From Lama guanicoe (Eukaryota), in the NCBI GenBank assembly GCA_013239625.1, contig MU054323.1:5507220-5571219 (forward strand): a stretch of 64,000 nucleotides of DNA, written 5' to 3'. The translations under genes and the position numbers were made by a program. The notes under the pieces are model-generated. The model was not told the DNA's origin and did not search any database. It saw only the letters and a program-made list of their open reading frames with translations. This document shows, in pieces, positions 1 to 10,975 of this stretch (within the stretch, counting starts at the first letter, position 1; each line of letters begins with the position of its first letter).

Positions 1-410
1 GAAGCTCCAGCGCTAAAGGCCCTTCTGGATCTCACCCTGTGTACCTCTTCATTTGGCTGTTCATTTGTATCTTTCATAATGTCCTTTCTATTAGACCAGT
101 AAACATCAGTTAAATGTTTTCCTAAGGTTTGTGATGTGTTTTGGCAAATTATCAAACCTGAAGAGGGAGTCCCAGATTTTATAGCCAGTTGGTCAGAAAT
201 ACACGTGTCAATCTGAGACCTGTGACTGGCATGGAAGCAGTCTTATAAGATGGAGCCCTTAATCTGGGTACTTAGTGTCAGATTAAATTGAATGGTAGGC
301 GATGTCTCAGTTGATGTCCAGAGAATTGAAGCATTGGTTGGTGTTGGGGGAAAAACTTTAAAAAAAAAAAAGCCACCCGTTTTGTGGAGTGTGAATAAAA
401 CCAGTTCAGA
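1..410 (+). mobile_element. 3' part of a MER21-like ERV solo LTR (truncated by window start)
   Basis: Motifs such as 'tacctcttcatttggctgttcatttgtatc', 'ttatagccagttggtcagaa' and 'gtgtcagattaaattgaat...ttggtgttgggggaaaaac' resemble the MER21B/C consensus as I recall it. Confidence 0.7.
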
Positions 411-2154
411 GAGGCCAATTAGGTTCACATGGAAGTCTGTACCCATCTAACAGAAATATGCTAGCAAACCTAAGAGGTACCCTACCCCTAACTACGCCCT
501 CGTCAGCCCTGCATCCTCTCCGTCTGAAGAGTATGTCCACAAAATGGTGACAGAACCTGTTAAAACTGATCCCTCAGTTCTTTACCCTGGTTTCTGTAAC
601 TTCATGGCCTTGCAGATCAAAAAATTGAATGCCTATCTTTAGTTGAAAACTCTTTCCAACTCCATCAATAAGAAAGCTCAAGCTTCCAAGACCCTGAAGT
701 CTCTGAATCATGCTTCCACTGAGTCAACACTTGACCCCCTCTCTGTTACAGCCAGTTCGAGTGCCCATTCACAGCCATTTGCACCACTGGTAGAATCTGT
801 TCAAGGATGTATTGCATGCCCTGGTTGTCTTCAGAGTGCATCTTCACTTCTTTCAAGAGTGGGCTTGCTCTTGTAAATCCTTGTTGCCCACTGCAGGAAA
901 GAAAAATTAAAATCAAATTATACCAACATTTTAATAAACCATTCCAAGCCCTTCCATCACCTGCTAATAAGGTTAACATTGTCACCCTCCCTCTGCCCAG
1001 ATTCACCATTCCATAGAATTCTGTTTACATGTGCTCATGACACTGGGCTATTCTATCGTGAAAGAAAACCTAGCTTCTTGTCACATAAAGTATATTTTAA
1101 AACCATGGCACACGGCATACGGGAGCCAGAAATGCCCTTGTCAACCCTAATGAAAGAAGAATATCAGACTCATTAAAAGGCTAAAGTCCAATCACCCTTC
1201 AGTGATTTTTCTTCTCATCAGCAAAAATGCTCATTAATTCTAATATCTTTGCTTTCAGGCATGAACTATAAGATCTGAACAGAAATTTCATTTGTAATGA
1301 ATACATTTTGACAGAAATAGAATTGTGATGATTCTACTGGTAATAATAATAATAAAACATATCAGGGGAACCAGAGGATATTATGTTCTCTGAGCTGGCA
1401 GGGGATCTGTGAGACCTCACTGTGAAACGGTCTTGTGATTCTCCGGAACCATCTGTATGAAGCACGTGGCCATCACTTAAAAAAAAAAAACTGACTGGCA
1501 TGAAGCTGATTCTTCTAACCAACAGAATGCATAGGTCCAAAAAGGAGACATCCATTACTTACTTGATCAAGTGTTGAAGATATTAATTTATCCTTTGAAT
1601 ACCCCTGAGAGCCTATTTGTGGGACTGTATTTGGCGAGTCTACAGGGATGCCTTTTCTGGGATGGTAGACTTTTGTAAGGATACTTGGGGCAAGTGTGTA
1701 GAAGGCCACAGAGTCACCTTGGAATTCAGAGATTCCACGTCTGGGTCTTCCTAAAGAAGGAGATAATCATTCTCCATGATTTAGACATCAATATAATAAC
1801 CAAGACTCTCTCACTTGACTTAGCAGGTATATTTCCCATTAGAAAAATCTTGGAGTTCAGCATACAACAGGACTTAACAAATATTTGTTCAAGGAGTAAG
1901 TGAATAGGTTCAAATTTGCCACTATCCAATTGCTTCCCTAGTCTTTAAGGAATAATGCTCTCCAATCTCAGAATTTAATCCCACAACTGCACTGCAGGCA
2001 GTGGGGAAGACTTACAGAACTGCTATACCAGCCCTGGGCTCCTCACTTCCAAAATAACATAAAAGAACAGACTACTACTTTTTAAGCCACTGCACTTGGG
2101 TCTCTGCTGCTATGGCCAAATACAGTTTCTAATCCATCCCAACATAGTCCACAC

Positions 2155-2290
2155 CCCCATTTCACAGGTAAGCAAACCAGGTCAGAGAGATTAAGATGCT
2201 TGCACTGAACCACACAGCTAGAAAGCATGAAGCCAGCCTTTTAAACTCTGGTCTCTCACAGCAAAATCTTGTTCTTCCTAATGTGCCCAC
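2155..2290 (-). mobile_element. MIR SINE fragment
   Basis: Antisense MIR core 'cccccatttcacaggtaagcaaacc...agagagattaag...cacacagctag'. Confidence 0.7.
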
Positions 2291-2559
2291 CACTGTAGTG
2301 GCCATGAATCAATAGAGCAATTAGAATTGTTATGTCTATTGTAATATGGAGCTAGAAAAAGGATTTGGTTTCAATAGATCAAAGAGAAAAGAAATTAGAA
2401 AGAGAGCCTGTAGGGAAATGTGCATGTGGAGAGTTGCCAGAAGAGAGGCCAGTCCAAAAAAAGGGTTTAACACAATTGCTTATCAACTGGGCAAAGGATG
2501 GGACATGCAATTCATGAGTGAGGACCCGTAATTAGACGGCAAATGGGGGAAAACATTTA

Positions 2560-2900
2560 ACTTCTGTAGATATCAAGAAAAGGCAAATGAAAACAATGGC
2601 TTTTCATCTTCTAAAATCACAAAGAAATGAATGGCAGGACCCAGTGTTACCAATGTGCTGTAAAGGCCACACAGGCTTGGACCCTGGTGAAAATATCACT
2701 TAGAAAACCCATTTGAAACAAATGGTGACGTGTCCTGTCAAGAGTCACACAGACGTTTGTGCCTTTCACCTTAAAGGAAATATCTGAAGGAAATGTATTT
2801 CTATAGATAAAGACGCATAGCATAGCAATATTCAGAACAGCAAGAGTGCAAAATTAAGTGCCCACAAACGAGAGGATGTTTATGTTGTACGGTGGAGTAT
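2560..2900 (+). mobile_element. Highly decayed old L1 (L1ME-like) 3' ORF2 fragment
   Basis: A-rich, with weak similarity to the L1 'aaatgcaaattaaaacaatg...ctggtgggaatgtaaa' region. Confidence 0.4.
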
Positions 2901-3604
2901 TTTCGTGATAGCTCAGTCTACCCACTCTGGTCTGGACCACTGCAGTAGACTTGTTCCTTGCCTCCAGCTTTGTCCTCTCCCATCCAGGCTCCACTCTGCC
3001 CCCAGATGGGTCTTACAAGTATGGCACTGCCATCGCCTGCCTGGTGGAGTTCCAAGTTCTCAGAGAGAGGCCCCTATGGCCTCTGCAAGCTTTGGAGGCT
3101 CATTTCTTGCACCTGCCCCACCTGCAGGCCTGTGCTTCTCGTGCGTTAGATGCAACATAAACACATTCATTTCCTGAATAAACACCCATAACCTAACGTC
3201 CTTGCTTGTGTCACAGGTAGAAGTGCAGCCTCTACTTGGAATATCCTTCCTTCATTTCCACTTGGTTAAAATCCTTCTCATCCTTCACAACCCAGCTGAG
3301 AACGTTGGCTGGGCTTTGCTCACGCGTCTTTAAAATTAGCGGAGGTCGTATCTGGGCGGTGCCAGTTTGCCTTCAGAACTGAGCTTACTCACTGCCTCTT
3401 TGCAAATCTTCTCTTCATTTTCTACACTTTCATCCCCAAGTGAAATTAACTATGCTTTCCTTGGGACCGTCAGTGAACCCTGTATGGATGTGTATCACAG
3501 CTTCTATCGTTCCTTATTGCATGTGTTTTTACTTACATCTCTATTAAACTTCTTGAGGTCGTGGGCACATCGCCATAACCAATCCTATCCGCATCTTATT
3601 CACC

Positions 3605-3855
3605 ATCATTTACTTCATGCTTATTATATGCCAAGAATTGTGTTATTCATTCAGCATGTTACCTTCCTATCTCATTTAAAATTTACAACCCTGATAGTAG
3701 GTTGTTAATTAGTCTCAGTTTAAAATTTGAGGAAACCAAGGCTCAAAGATGTTGAGTAACTTGCCCAAGGCACAAAGTGAGCAAATGGTATAGCCAAGAC
3801 TTGAACCCTGGTCTAACTGATTCCAGATTCCACATATACCTAACATACTGCCTCA
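3605..3855 (-). mobile_element. Near full-length MIR SINE
   Basis: 'tatatgccaag...acaaccctgatagtagg...tgaggaaaccaaggctcaaagatgttgagtaacttgcccaagg...cttgaaccctggtct' is collinear with the antisense MIR consensus. Confidence 0.85.
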
Positions 3856-6544
3856 CTCTCTTTTTTTAACATAGTTAAACATAGATGCTCAATTGTTAAA
3901 AAATAAGATTATGTGGCAAGATGGTTAAGTGTTTACAACAAATAGAATAAAAGCAGCATGTAAAAATACATCTGCACACTGATTACAACTCAGTCAAAAC
4001 TGTGTGTGCGTATTTGACAGACTGCTTGCGAACCTGACAATAGCAAAGGTCGATGTATTAGAGAAACCGAATTCTGCAAATTTTAAAATTGATTTTCCCC
4101 TTGCATAGTATTCTTAAATTGTTTACCACGACTTTTGTTCATGAAAGGCTAACTCAGCATTCTTCCGCCTCAGAGCCCCCAAAAACATCAAGGTATCAAC
4201 CAACTAGAACCCAGAAAACAGAGGTCTTAACCAATTAGCTACTGAATATTCCTGGTGTAAACTGTTTGCACATCAGCAGGCCAGAAAAACAGAGAAGTAA
4301 AAAGGAGAAGAAATGCCAGTTTTCTTTTGTGTCAAGCTGCAGTACATAAAGAGGACTTGCACAAAACCTTAATTCTGTCTGAAAAATAAACAAAACCAGA
4401 ACTCGCCAGTACTGTTTCATAGAAATGACTTTCAGAGATGGAGCTTTAAGTAAGCCCTCCTCCTCACGCAAAGAATTTATTAAAAGAGTAGGACTGAAAG
4501 GCAAGAGAAAGGATGTAAAAGGGAAATGAGAGGGGAAGAAACAAAAAGTGATTGACAAAGGAAAAAAAAAAGAGGCAAATTAAAACTCAAATAAGTCTAC
4601 CTACTGGCTCTCTTAAAAATCCTTTCTCTGAATTTTTGCATTTCAAAACGTGCTGTTGTTTAATTTCACCCAAGGAACAGGAAAAGTGATGGTGCCATTA
4701 ACAGAAACGGGAAATCAAAAGGAAGAGATGCTTTGGGAAGGAATATAAGCCTGTAATGTACAGAGGACTCAATAAACGTTGGTGTATAAGACCATTAAAT
4801 GAAAGTGTCTTATTTGTTGAGTTTCAGTTTCCAATAGGACATATTTCATGGCCTGCCAAAATAGGAACACCTCCTCTCAAGGGGCAAGACTGCATTTCCT
4901 TTAATTTCCTATTTCAATAAGATAGAAATTGCAAGTCAGCAAGAAACAGAGACAGTCTACGCAGTTTCCCTATCTTGGATTCCGAGTCAAATGCAGGGCC
5001 CAGGTGCCAGGATCTACCTGTACTGTCCTTGCCCTTTGTCTAAAGGTGACTAATGATGAGGGGGATTCCTCAATTGTCCAAGCAATCCAGCCTCTCAAGT
5101 TCTAAACATGTTGGATGCAGATGAGAGGGTGTTTGCTCGCAAAGGAGCTCAGCTAGTCTGAGCAAAACCACGGCTCTACTTTATAGAATCGGTCTGGCTT
5201 TTGCATTGTCTCCCTGGGGGCAGAAAGGGTAAGTACACTGTGGCACCCAAGTATTGCCCGGGACCCAAAGAGTCAGAATTATTCATATGTTTCAATGAAA
5301 TTATAGCAAATAAGAAAGTATAATTTCCAGGCAAGGAATAATTTTAAGGAAAAAATTTAGAGTCATTTTGTGATCTTGCTTGTGGTAGAAGTTCCCCTTC
5401 CTGGAAGATCTCTCTTCATCCTGGAGGAGGGTCACACAGACAACTGCATTATTGTTTACAAACAATGGGTCCTGTTCATATGTTTTAATCCCACTTGCTT
5501 CCATAAGCAAGAGAAGCCTGTTTGATGGAGATATCCCGGGGTCTCGGCCAAGGAGCAGATTTTCTGGAGTGAACGGAAAGGCTGGATCCTGAGAGGGGAG
5601 GTTGGGTGGAAGTAGTGGGGCTACCCTGGCATTGAGGCTCTACTGAGGGCTGATGACATACACCCCTTAGCAAGTATAAGGAAACAGCGTAGTCCTTCCT
5701 TACAATTGGAGGCTGACACTTCCCCCATCCCTCAGCAACCAAAGTCTCCGCTTTTCCCTCCCTCTAAAAGTCAACAGGAAAAATAACATTCCCAAAATAA
5801 GAGATTCATTTCTCATCAAAATAGAACCTTCTTTTATGTAGCTACACATAAGCTTCCTTACTGAAGCACCAAATTCAAAAGCAGCTATAAGTAAAAAAGA
5901 ATTTGCTCTTATCATAAATAAAAGATTGTATATGCGAACTTATTTGCAGTAAAATCTTATGATAAAAAATATAATTTATACCCTAGTTTCTCCTGTGTAT
6001 TTTATGTAATATCCTAGTAAAATATTTCCATTTTACAACACGTACCTATTAAAACCATTCCTTATAAAACTGTCGGCATAAAATAAAATACAAAAACTGG
6101 AAGGAAAAAGCAGAGGAAAATATATCAAAAAGAGGTGATGAAAGGCAACAGAAAGATGCCTGCGGAAGCCCTCCCAGTGAGATATAAATAACGGTAATAT
6201 GGAGGCAGGGGAAGATGCTAATAATTAAGTAGGATATTTTAAGGTGAGAAATACTTAAATACTTCTTAGAGTACCATTCGTTTCTCTGTGCCAACAAGGA
6301 ATTCTAGAACAATAAAATTTGGAGACAGGACCTTGCCAGTGAGTCTACAAAATAAGTCAACTAAGAAGAAGGTGTCCTGGAAATGGCAAATATTGTCTGT
6401 GAAAATGCAAAGCAACATTTGATTGAAGTTTACTCTGGAGTCAACAAAGGCTCCTCCCACCTACAGGTGGACCAGCAGCCTGTTAGCCAAGGAGCCCTTA
6501 AAACCAGCTAATTAGATCTGTCAGTCTTTGGTAGGTTGTCAGTA

Positions 6545-7450
6545 TTTATTTTAAAATGGTTTCAAATGTACAGAAAACTTGCAAGAATAATAAAAAGGAC
6601 TCCAGATACCCTTCTTCCAGATCTTCTGCAACTGTTAAAATTTTATCACTTTATACATACGAAAGACTTATTATGTATTTAAATTATACACACTTAAATG
6701 ATATATATTCAAATTATATATAATTAAATGCATACATATATTTGATCATTTGAGAGGAAGTTGCTGACTGATGATCCCCGTTTATGCCTGAAACTTCAGT
6801 GTGATTTTTTTGGGGTGCTCTTTCACATACATAGGGTAACATAATCAAGATCAGAAAAATAATATTTAATATTATCTCATCGGTAGATCTTATTCAACTT
6901 TTGTCCATTGTCCCAAGAATAGCCCTTACATATTTTTTTTAAATGATGTAACTAAAAAAGGAAGAACGATCAAAAGAAAATTCTAGTCCAGGATCCAGTC
7001 CAAGATCACACATTGCATACGGTTGTCACGCCTGTTTGGTCTCCTTTAATCTGGAACGGTACCTCCGTCTGTTTGCTTTTTCTGACCTTCACTTTTTGAG
7101 AGAGCAAGCCAGTTATATCATGGAGTAACTCAGTCTTGTCTGATACGTCATCATGCCTGCATTTGGATGGCACGTTTTTGGGCAGGAATGTCGCAAAGGT
7201 GATGTGTCTTCCTCAGGGTATGGTATCAGGAGGCATATGTTCATTTGTCCCATAAATGGTGATAATTTGGATCATTTAGTTAAAGGGGGCATCTGTCATA
7301 AAACTGCTATTTTTCCCTTTGTAACTCATAAGTGGAGACGCTTCGAGATTAAGTAAGTATCCTGGTCCTTATCAAGCCTTCACGCAGCAGTTTCAGCACC
7401 TGTTGGTGATTCTTGCCTACATCAGCCATCACTGCGATGGTTCCAGATGA
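6545..7450 (-). mobile_element. L1MC4/L1MC5-like LINE-1 3' end
   Basis: Characteristic 3'UTR motifs 'tttcaaatgtacagaaaacttgcaagaata', 'ccaggatccagtccaagatcacacattgca', 'gtctcctttaatctggaac' and 'tttttgggcaggaatgtc'. Confidence 0.8.
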
Positions 7451-7454
7451 GAAG

Positions 7455-7708
7455 GGATGCCATGCTCCCGAGAAGGGGTGACTGGGATCTCTGGGGGTTC
7501 AGATGCTTTATTTTTTGACTTGGAAAAGAAAGCAGTACCTATTTTTACTAGAATCTATAGACAGTAAAGATCAACAAAATTGCCCTATTTGATGGGACTA
7601 TGGAGAACATAGCATCCATTTTCTGGGCATCAATAATTTTCAATGGAAGTGTTAAAGTTTTTATTGCTATCGAAAAGGTCATAGGTTTGGACAAGTTGAG
7701 AAATACTG
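7455..7708. mobile_element. Possible hAT/Charlie-type MITE remnant
   Basis: Ends in 'aagttgagaaatactg', which resembles MER5/Charlie terminal inverted repeats. The interior is not recognised. Confidence 0.3.
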
Positions 7709-8319
7709 TATGAGATACTTTTCTTAGAAGAGAAATTAACCTCCAATTTAGAAAATGGAATGTATGGTTTTCCCCTGAGTATTTTTTTATTTTTATTTTA
7801 AAGACATTTCAAATTATGTAACCAACCATGTTTTTCCTTTTGATAATACCATCCAGAAAACTTTGAACTTAAACAGTGTGTAGTTCACGGTCTTTTAATT
7901 TTGCATTCTGGAGTCTCATTTCTGGACCATTGAATGTTTCCAGCTAGTTTTGCCCTCTTCTTTGGCTTTAATTTCCTACTTAACGCATCTTACTTTATTA
8001 GGTATTTTTGTAGCCAAACTGAAACTTTGTGAACTGAGGTAGGCATACAAAATAATTAATAAAATAGTCTAAACTTTCTTTTCTTATCAAATGCTGTCTC
8101 CAATCTCCAGAAATTAAATTTCTTATCAGCTGAGGCTATCTTATTCTGTTTCACTTGACATGACATGTTGGAGGAGGGGGGTGGTAAAAGAACTCATGAG
8201 AAGCTTTAGGTCAGTGTCATCAGTGCCATTCAGTGACTTTATGCTTTACGCCAGGGCCTAAAATAATGAGATGGGTTATTGCCTGTCACGTGGAATGGAT
8301 CCCTCTTGGTGCAGGGAAA

Positions 8320-8520
8320 GGAGCACTGAACCAGTCAGCAGAAGGCCATCCATGGTGTAAGTCTACATCTTCCACAGACAAGATGCGTGACCTTGAGTAG
8401 ATCAATTCCAGTCTCTGAACGTCGGCGTCTGAATCTGAACATTGGCACCCCAGCATCCAAAACTGGGAATAAAACTACCCAAACTGCTATCCCACCGAAC
8501 TGTCGGGAAACCCAATAGGA
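8320..8520 (+). mobile_element. MIR SINE fragment
   Basis: 'tgcgtgaccttgagtagatcaattccagtctctgaac...aaaactgggaataaaactacc'. Confidence 0.5.
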
Positions 8521-8559
8521 AAGTGCCTTGAGAACCGCAAGATCCAAGGATTCCTTATC

Positions 8560-8900
8560 ACCTTATCTGGTAAGAGCATCAGACCGTGAACATGTGAACA
8601 AATATACGAATAACTTAATTTCAGATAATGATAAATGCTGTGAAAACAGAACAGATGAAGAGATTCAGGAAATGAAGGTGGGGAGGGTGGTCTGAAATCC
8701 GATGGCCAAAGGAGGCCTCTGGGAGGAATGGATATTTAATCAGAGACCCGAATAAGGAGAAGCAGAAAGCTATGCAGAGATGACAAGCACATTTGAAGCA
8801 GGGACAAAAACTCAAGGCAGGAAGCCACTCGGTGAGCTCCAGTAACGGCAAGAAGCCAGTCTGGCTAAGGGTGCTCATACTGGGTGGGGGTGGCAGAGGC
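8560..8900 (-). mobile_element. L2 LINE fragment
   Basis: 'atttcagataatgataaatgctgtgaaa...ggaggcctctgggagg...tttaatcagagacccgaa...gcaagaagccagtctggct' is typical antisense L2a. Confidence 0.7.
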
Positions 8901-8954
8901 AAACTGGGGATAGAGGTCCAGCCTTTGCAAACCAATCTCTCTGTGCAAATCCAG

Positions 8955-9150
8955 AAACCTGGGTGCACCTCCTGGGACGGCCCCTTACCATGGTGATGGA
9001 GGTGCTTCACCTCTCGGTGCCACAGCTTTCTTGCACACAAAACAGGAATAGTAGTAGCAGCTCCTTCACAAAATGGTGTGAGAATTGAGTGGGGTGATGC
9101 TCAGTACCACGCTTGGTACAAGCTGCGCGCTCAAGAAGTTTGAGCTATCC
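8955..9150 (+). mobile_element. MIR SINE fragment
   Basis: 'cctgggtgc...cttcacctctcggtgccacagctttcttg...aaaacaggaatagtagtagcagctccttcac...gtgagaattgagt'. Confidence 0.6.
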
Positions 9151-10020
9151 CTGCCTGGTCCACTCCATCAACGGAACATCCACAACCCTTACAGGATAAA
9201 CCGCACAATTCAGGGTTCAAGGATATTTTATTTTACTATCCTATTAGGATAAGCAGTAAGCTTTCCAAGGATACAGAATCTGTCTGCTTCAGCCCCACAG
9301 CATGTAGCACAGAGCTGCACACAGTAGGTGCTCAGTAAGATATCTCACCTGAGTAAATACTTGCAAAAGATGATTCCTGACAGTAGTAGCAAGCCAGCCA
9401 CGAAATGCAGGCAGTAAATCATGCCTCCCCTGTGCCCAGCTCTATACAAAATTCACAACCGGCACAACTTGTTTTTAAACTCAAGTTATGTGAAATGTTT
9501 TCAGATCATCCTAACATATTCGGATGCATGCTCACCTTAAGTAATGTGTTGTCTCGGGACTGAGTCCCTGGCTTTGCCTTAACCGCTGATTTCTATCAAC
9601 AATTAGGAAAAGAGGCATTTGTCTGATTACTCGGCCAATTTCTGAACAAATGGCCCCTCAGCCAACCATTGCAAATACGTCCCACCACCACCGCCAGTGT
9701 TTCAAGTTCAGACTTCTCATTCTGATCATGCTAGGAATGTAATCAAGTCCCTCTGTGGAGACAAGTTAATTATCTCCTCAGGCTGTGAACAAACACGCGG
9801 GTTTGGTGTCTGACCATGCTGCCTAATGAGAGGGCACCCCAGAGGAGCTGGAGGGCTTGTCGGCTGCCACCCCAGGGCCCTTGATGGCATCTGGGAGCTG
9901 TGGTTCCAAGTGATCTGGCCTTTATCCCCCAGGTTCCCCATCACATCTGCTTCTAGCAATGCAGCGCTGGACACAAACAGACCTCAGCTCTCTCCGGTCT
10001 CCTCCGGCGAGCCCCGCCGT

Positions 10021-10070
10021 GCCCCAGTCTGGCTGGGGCCGGGCTGCCCCAGTTTGGCTGGGGCCGGGCT
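10021..10070. repeat. 25-bp tandem duplication (2 copies, 1 mismatch)
   Basis: gccccagtctggctggggccgggct (10021-10045) is followed by gccccagtttggctggggccgggct (10046-10070). Confidence 0.95.
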
Positions 10071-10697
10071 CCTGGAGCTCACCTGGCACTGCCTGCAACC
10101 CAGCACATCCCTCAGCTCAGGATGTCCCTCTGGAAAGCTGATCCCGCTCGGCTGAGCCTCCCAAGATAGATAAGGGAGGAAATCAGCTTTCCTGTCCTCC
10201 ATCACCAGGCTGCTAGGGACAGCAGGACCCAAAGACTCAAACATAAATCACCTGCCTATCTCCATGTTTTAAACTTCAGCTTTAATCCAGCTCAGAGTGG
10301 GATCAGCTGCCTCAGAGACTGCTAATTGCCAGATGGCCGCTGATAGCCGGCCACGGGAACATGCGTGCCGGAGCCTGCCGTGCGGCTCAGGAAGGCAGAA
10401 CTGGAAGGGGTCTTAGCGGGGCAGGCCAGCCCCTCACTGCCTCCTCATCGCAGGGGGGCCATGGGCAAGGCGGCTGGCTCTCGTCTACGCAGTGACTTAA
10501 CAGCATGTGCTTGGGACCTTTCTCCGGGTTCTGTGTGAACTGAGGGGGGAAGAGAGAAGAGCACTGATAGACAGCAGTGCATCGCTAGCTGACTCCTGCC
10601 TGCTGCTCCCAGAGAGGAGCAGAAGCAAGAGGAAGGACAGGTAACTCCCTGAATCCCTTCTATATTCCAGATGTAATGTCAGCCGTTTTCACGTGTG

Positions 10698-10825
10698 ACA
10701 CCTGGGTTCAAAACCCGGGTCTGCCACGGACCCAGCATGTGAACTTGAGCAAATCACTTTCCCCCTGGGGCAGTCCTGGCACCTCATGCGCAGGTTGAGA
10801 AGAGTAGACTGGATGATCTCTAAGA
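10698..10825 (+). mobile_element. MIR/MIR3 fragment
   Basis: 'cctgggttcaaaacccgggtctgccac...gtgaacttgagcaaatcactt...gactggatgatctctaag'. Confidence 0.65.
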
Positions 10826-10975
10826 CAATGGTTCTCACTCTGTACCTTGCACCAGAATCCCCTGGAGGGCTTGTTAAAATACAGATTGCTGGGTCCTCCC
10901 CAACCCCTCCCGGAAACCCTTTCTGATTCAGTAGGTGGGGAATGGCGCCTGGGGTTATGCATATCAACAAACAAG
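10826..10975 (+). mobile_element. MER5A-like hAT MITE
   Basis: 'caatggttctca...cagaatcccctggagggcttgttaaaatacagattgctgggtcc...ttctgattcagtaggt'. Confidence 0.8.

Noticed and set aside
1561..1572. 12-bp palindrome ACTTGATCAAGT (and similar short hairpins at about 22526, 28824 and 58608)
   Set aside because: Several palindromes or 6-7 bp stems of this size are expected by chance in 64 kb.
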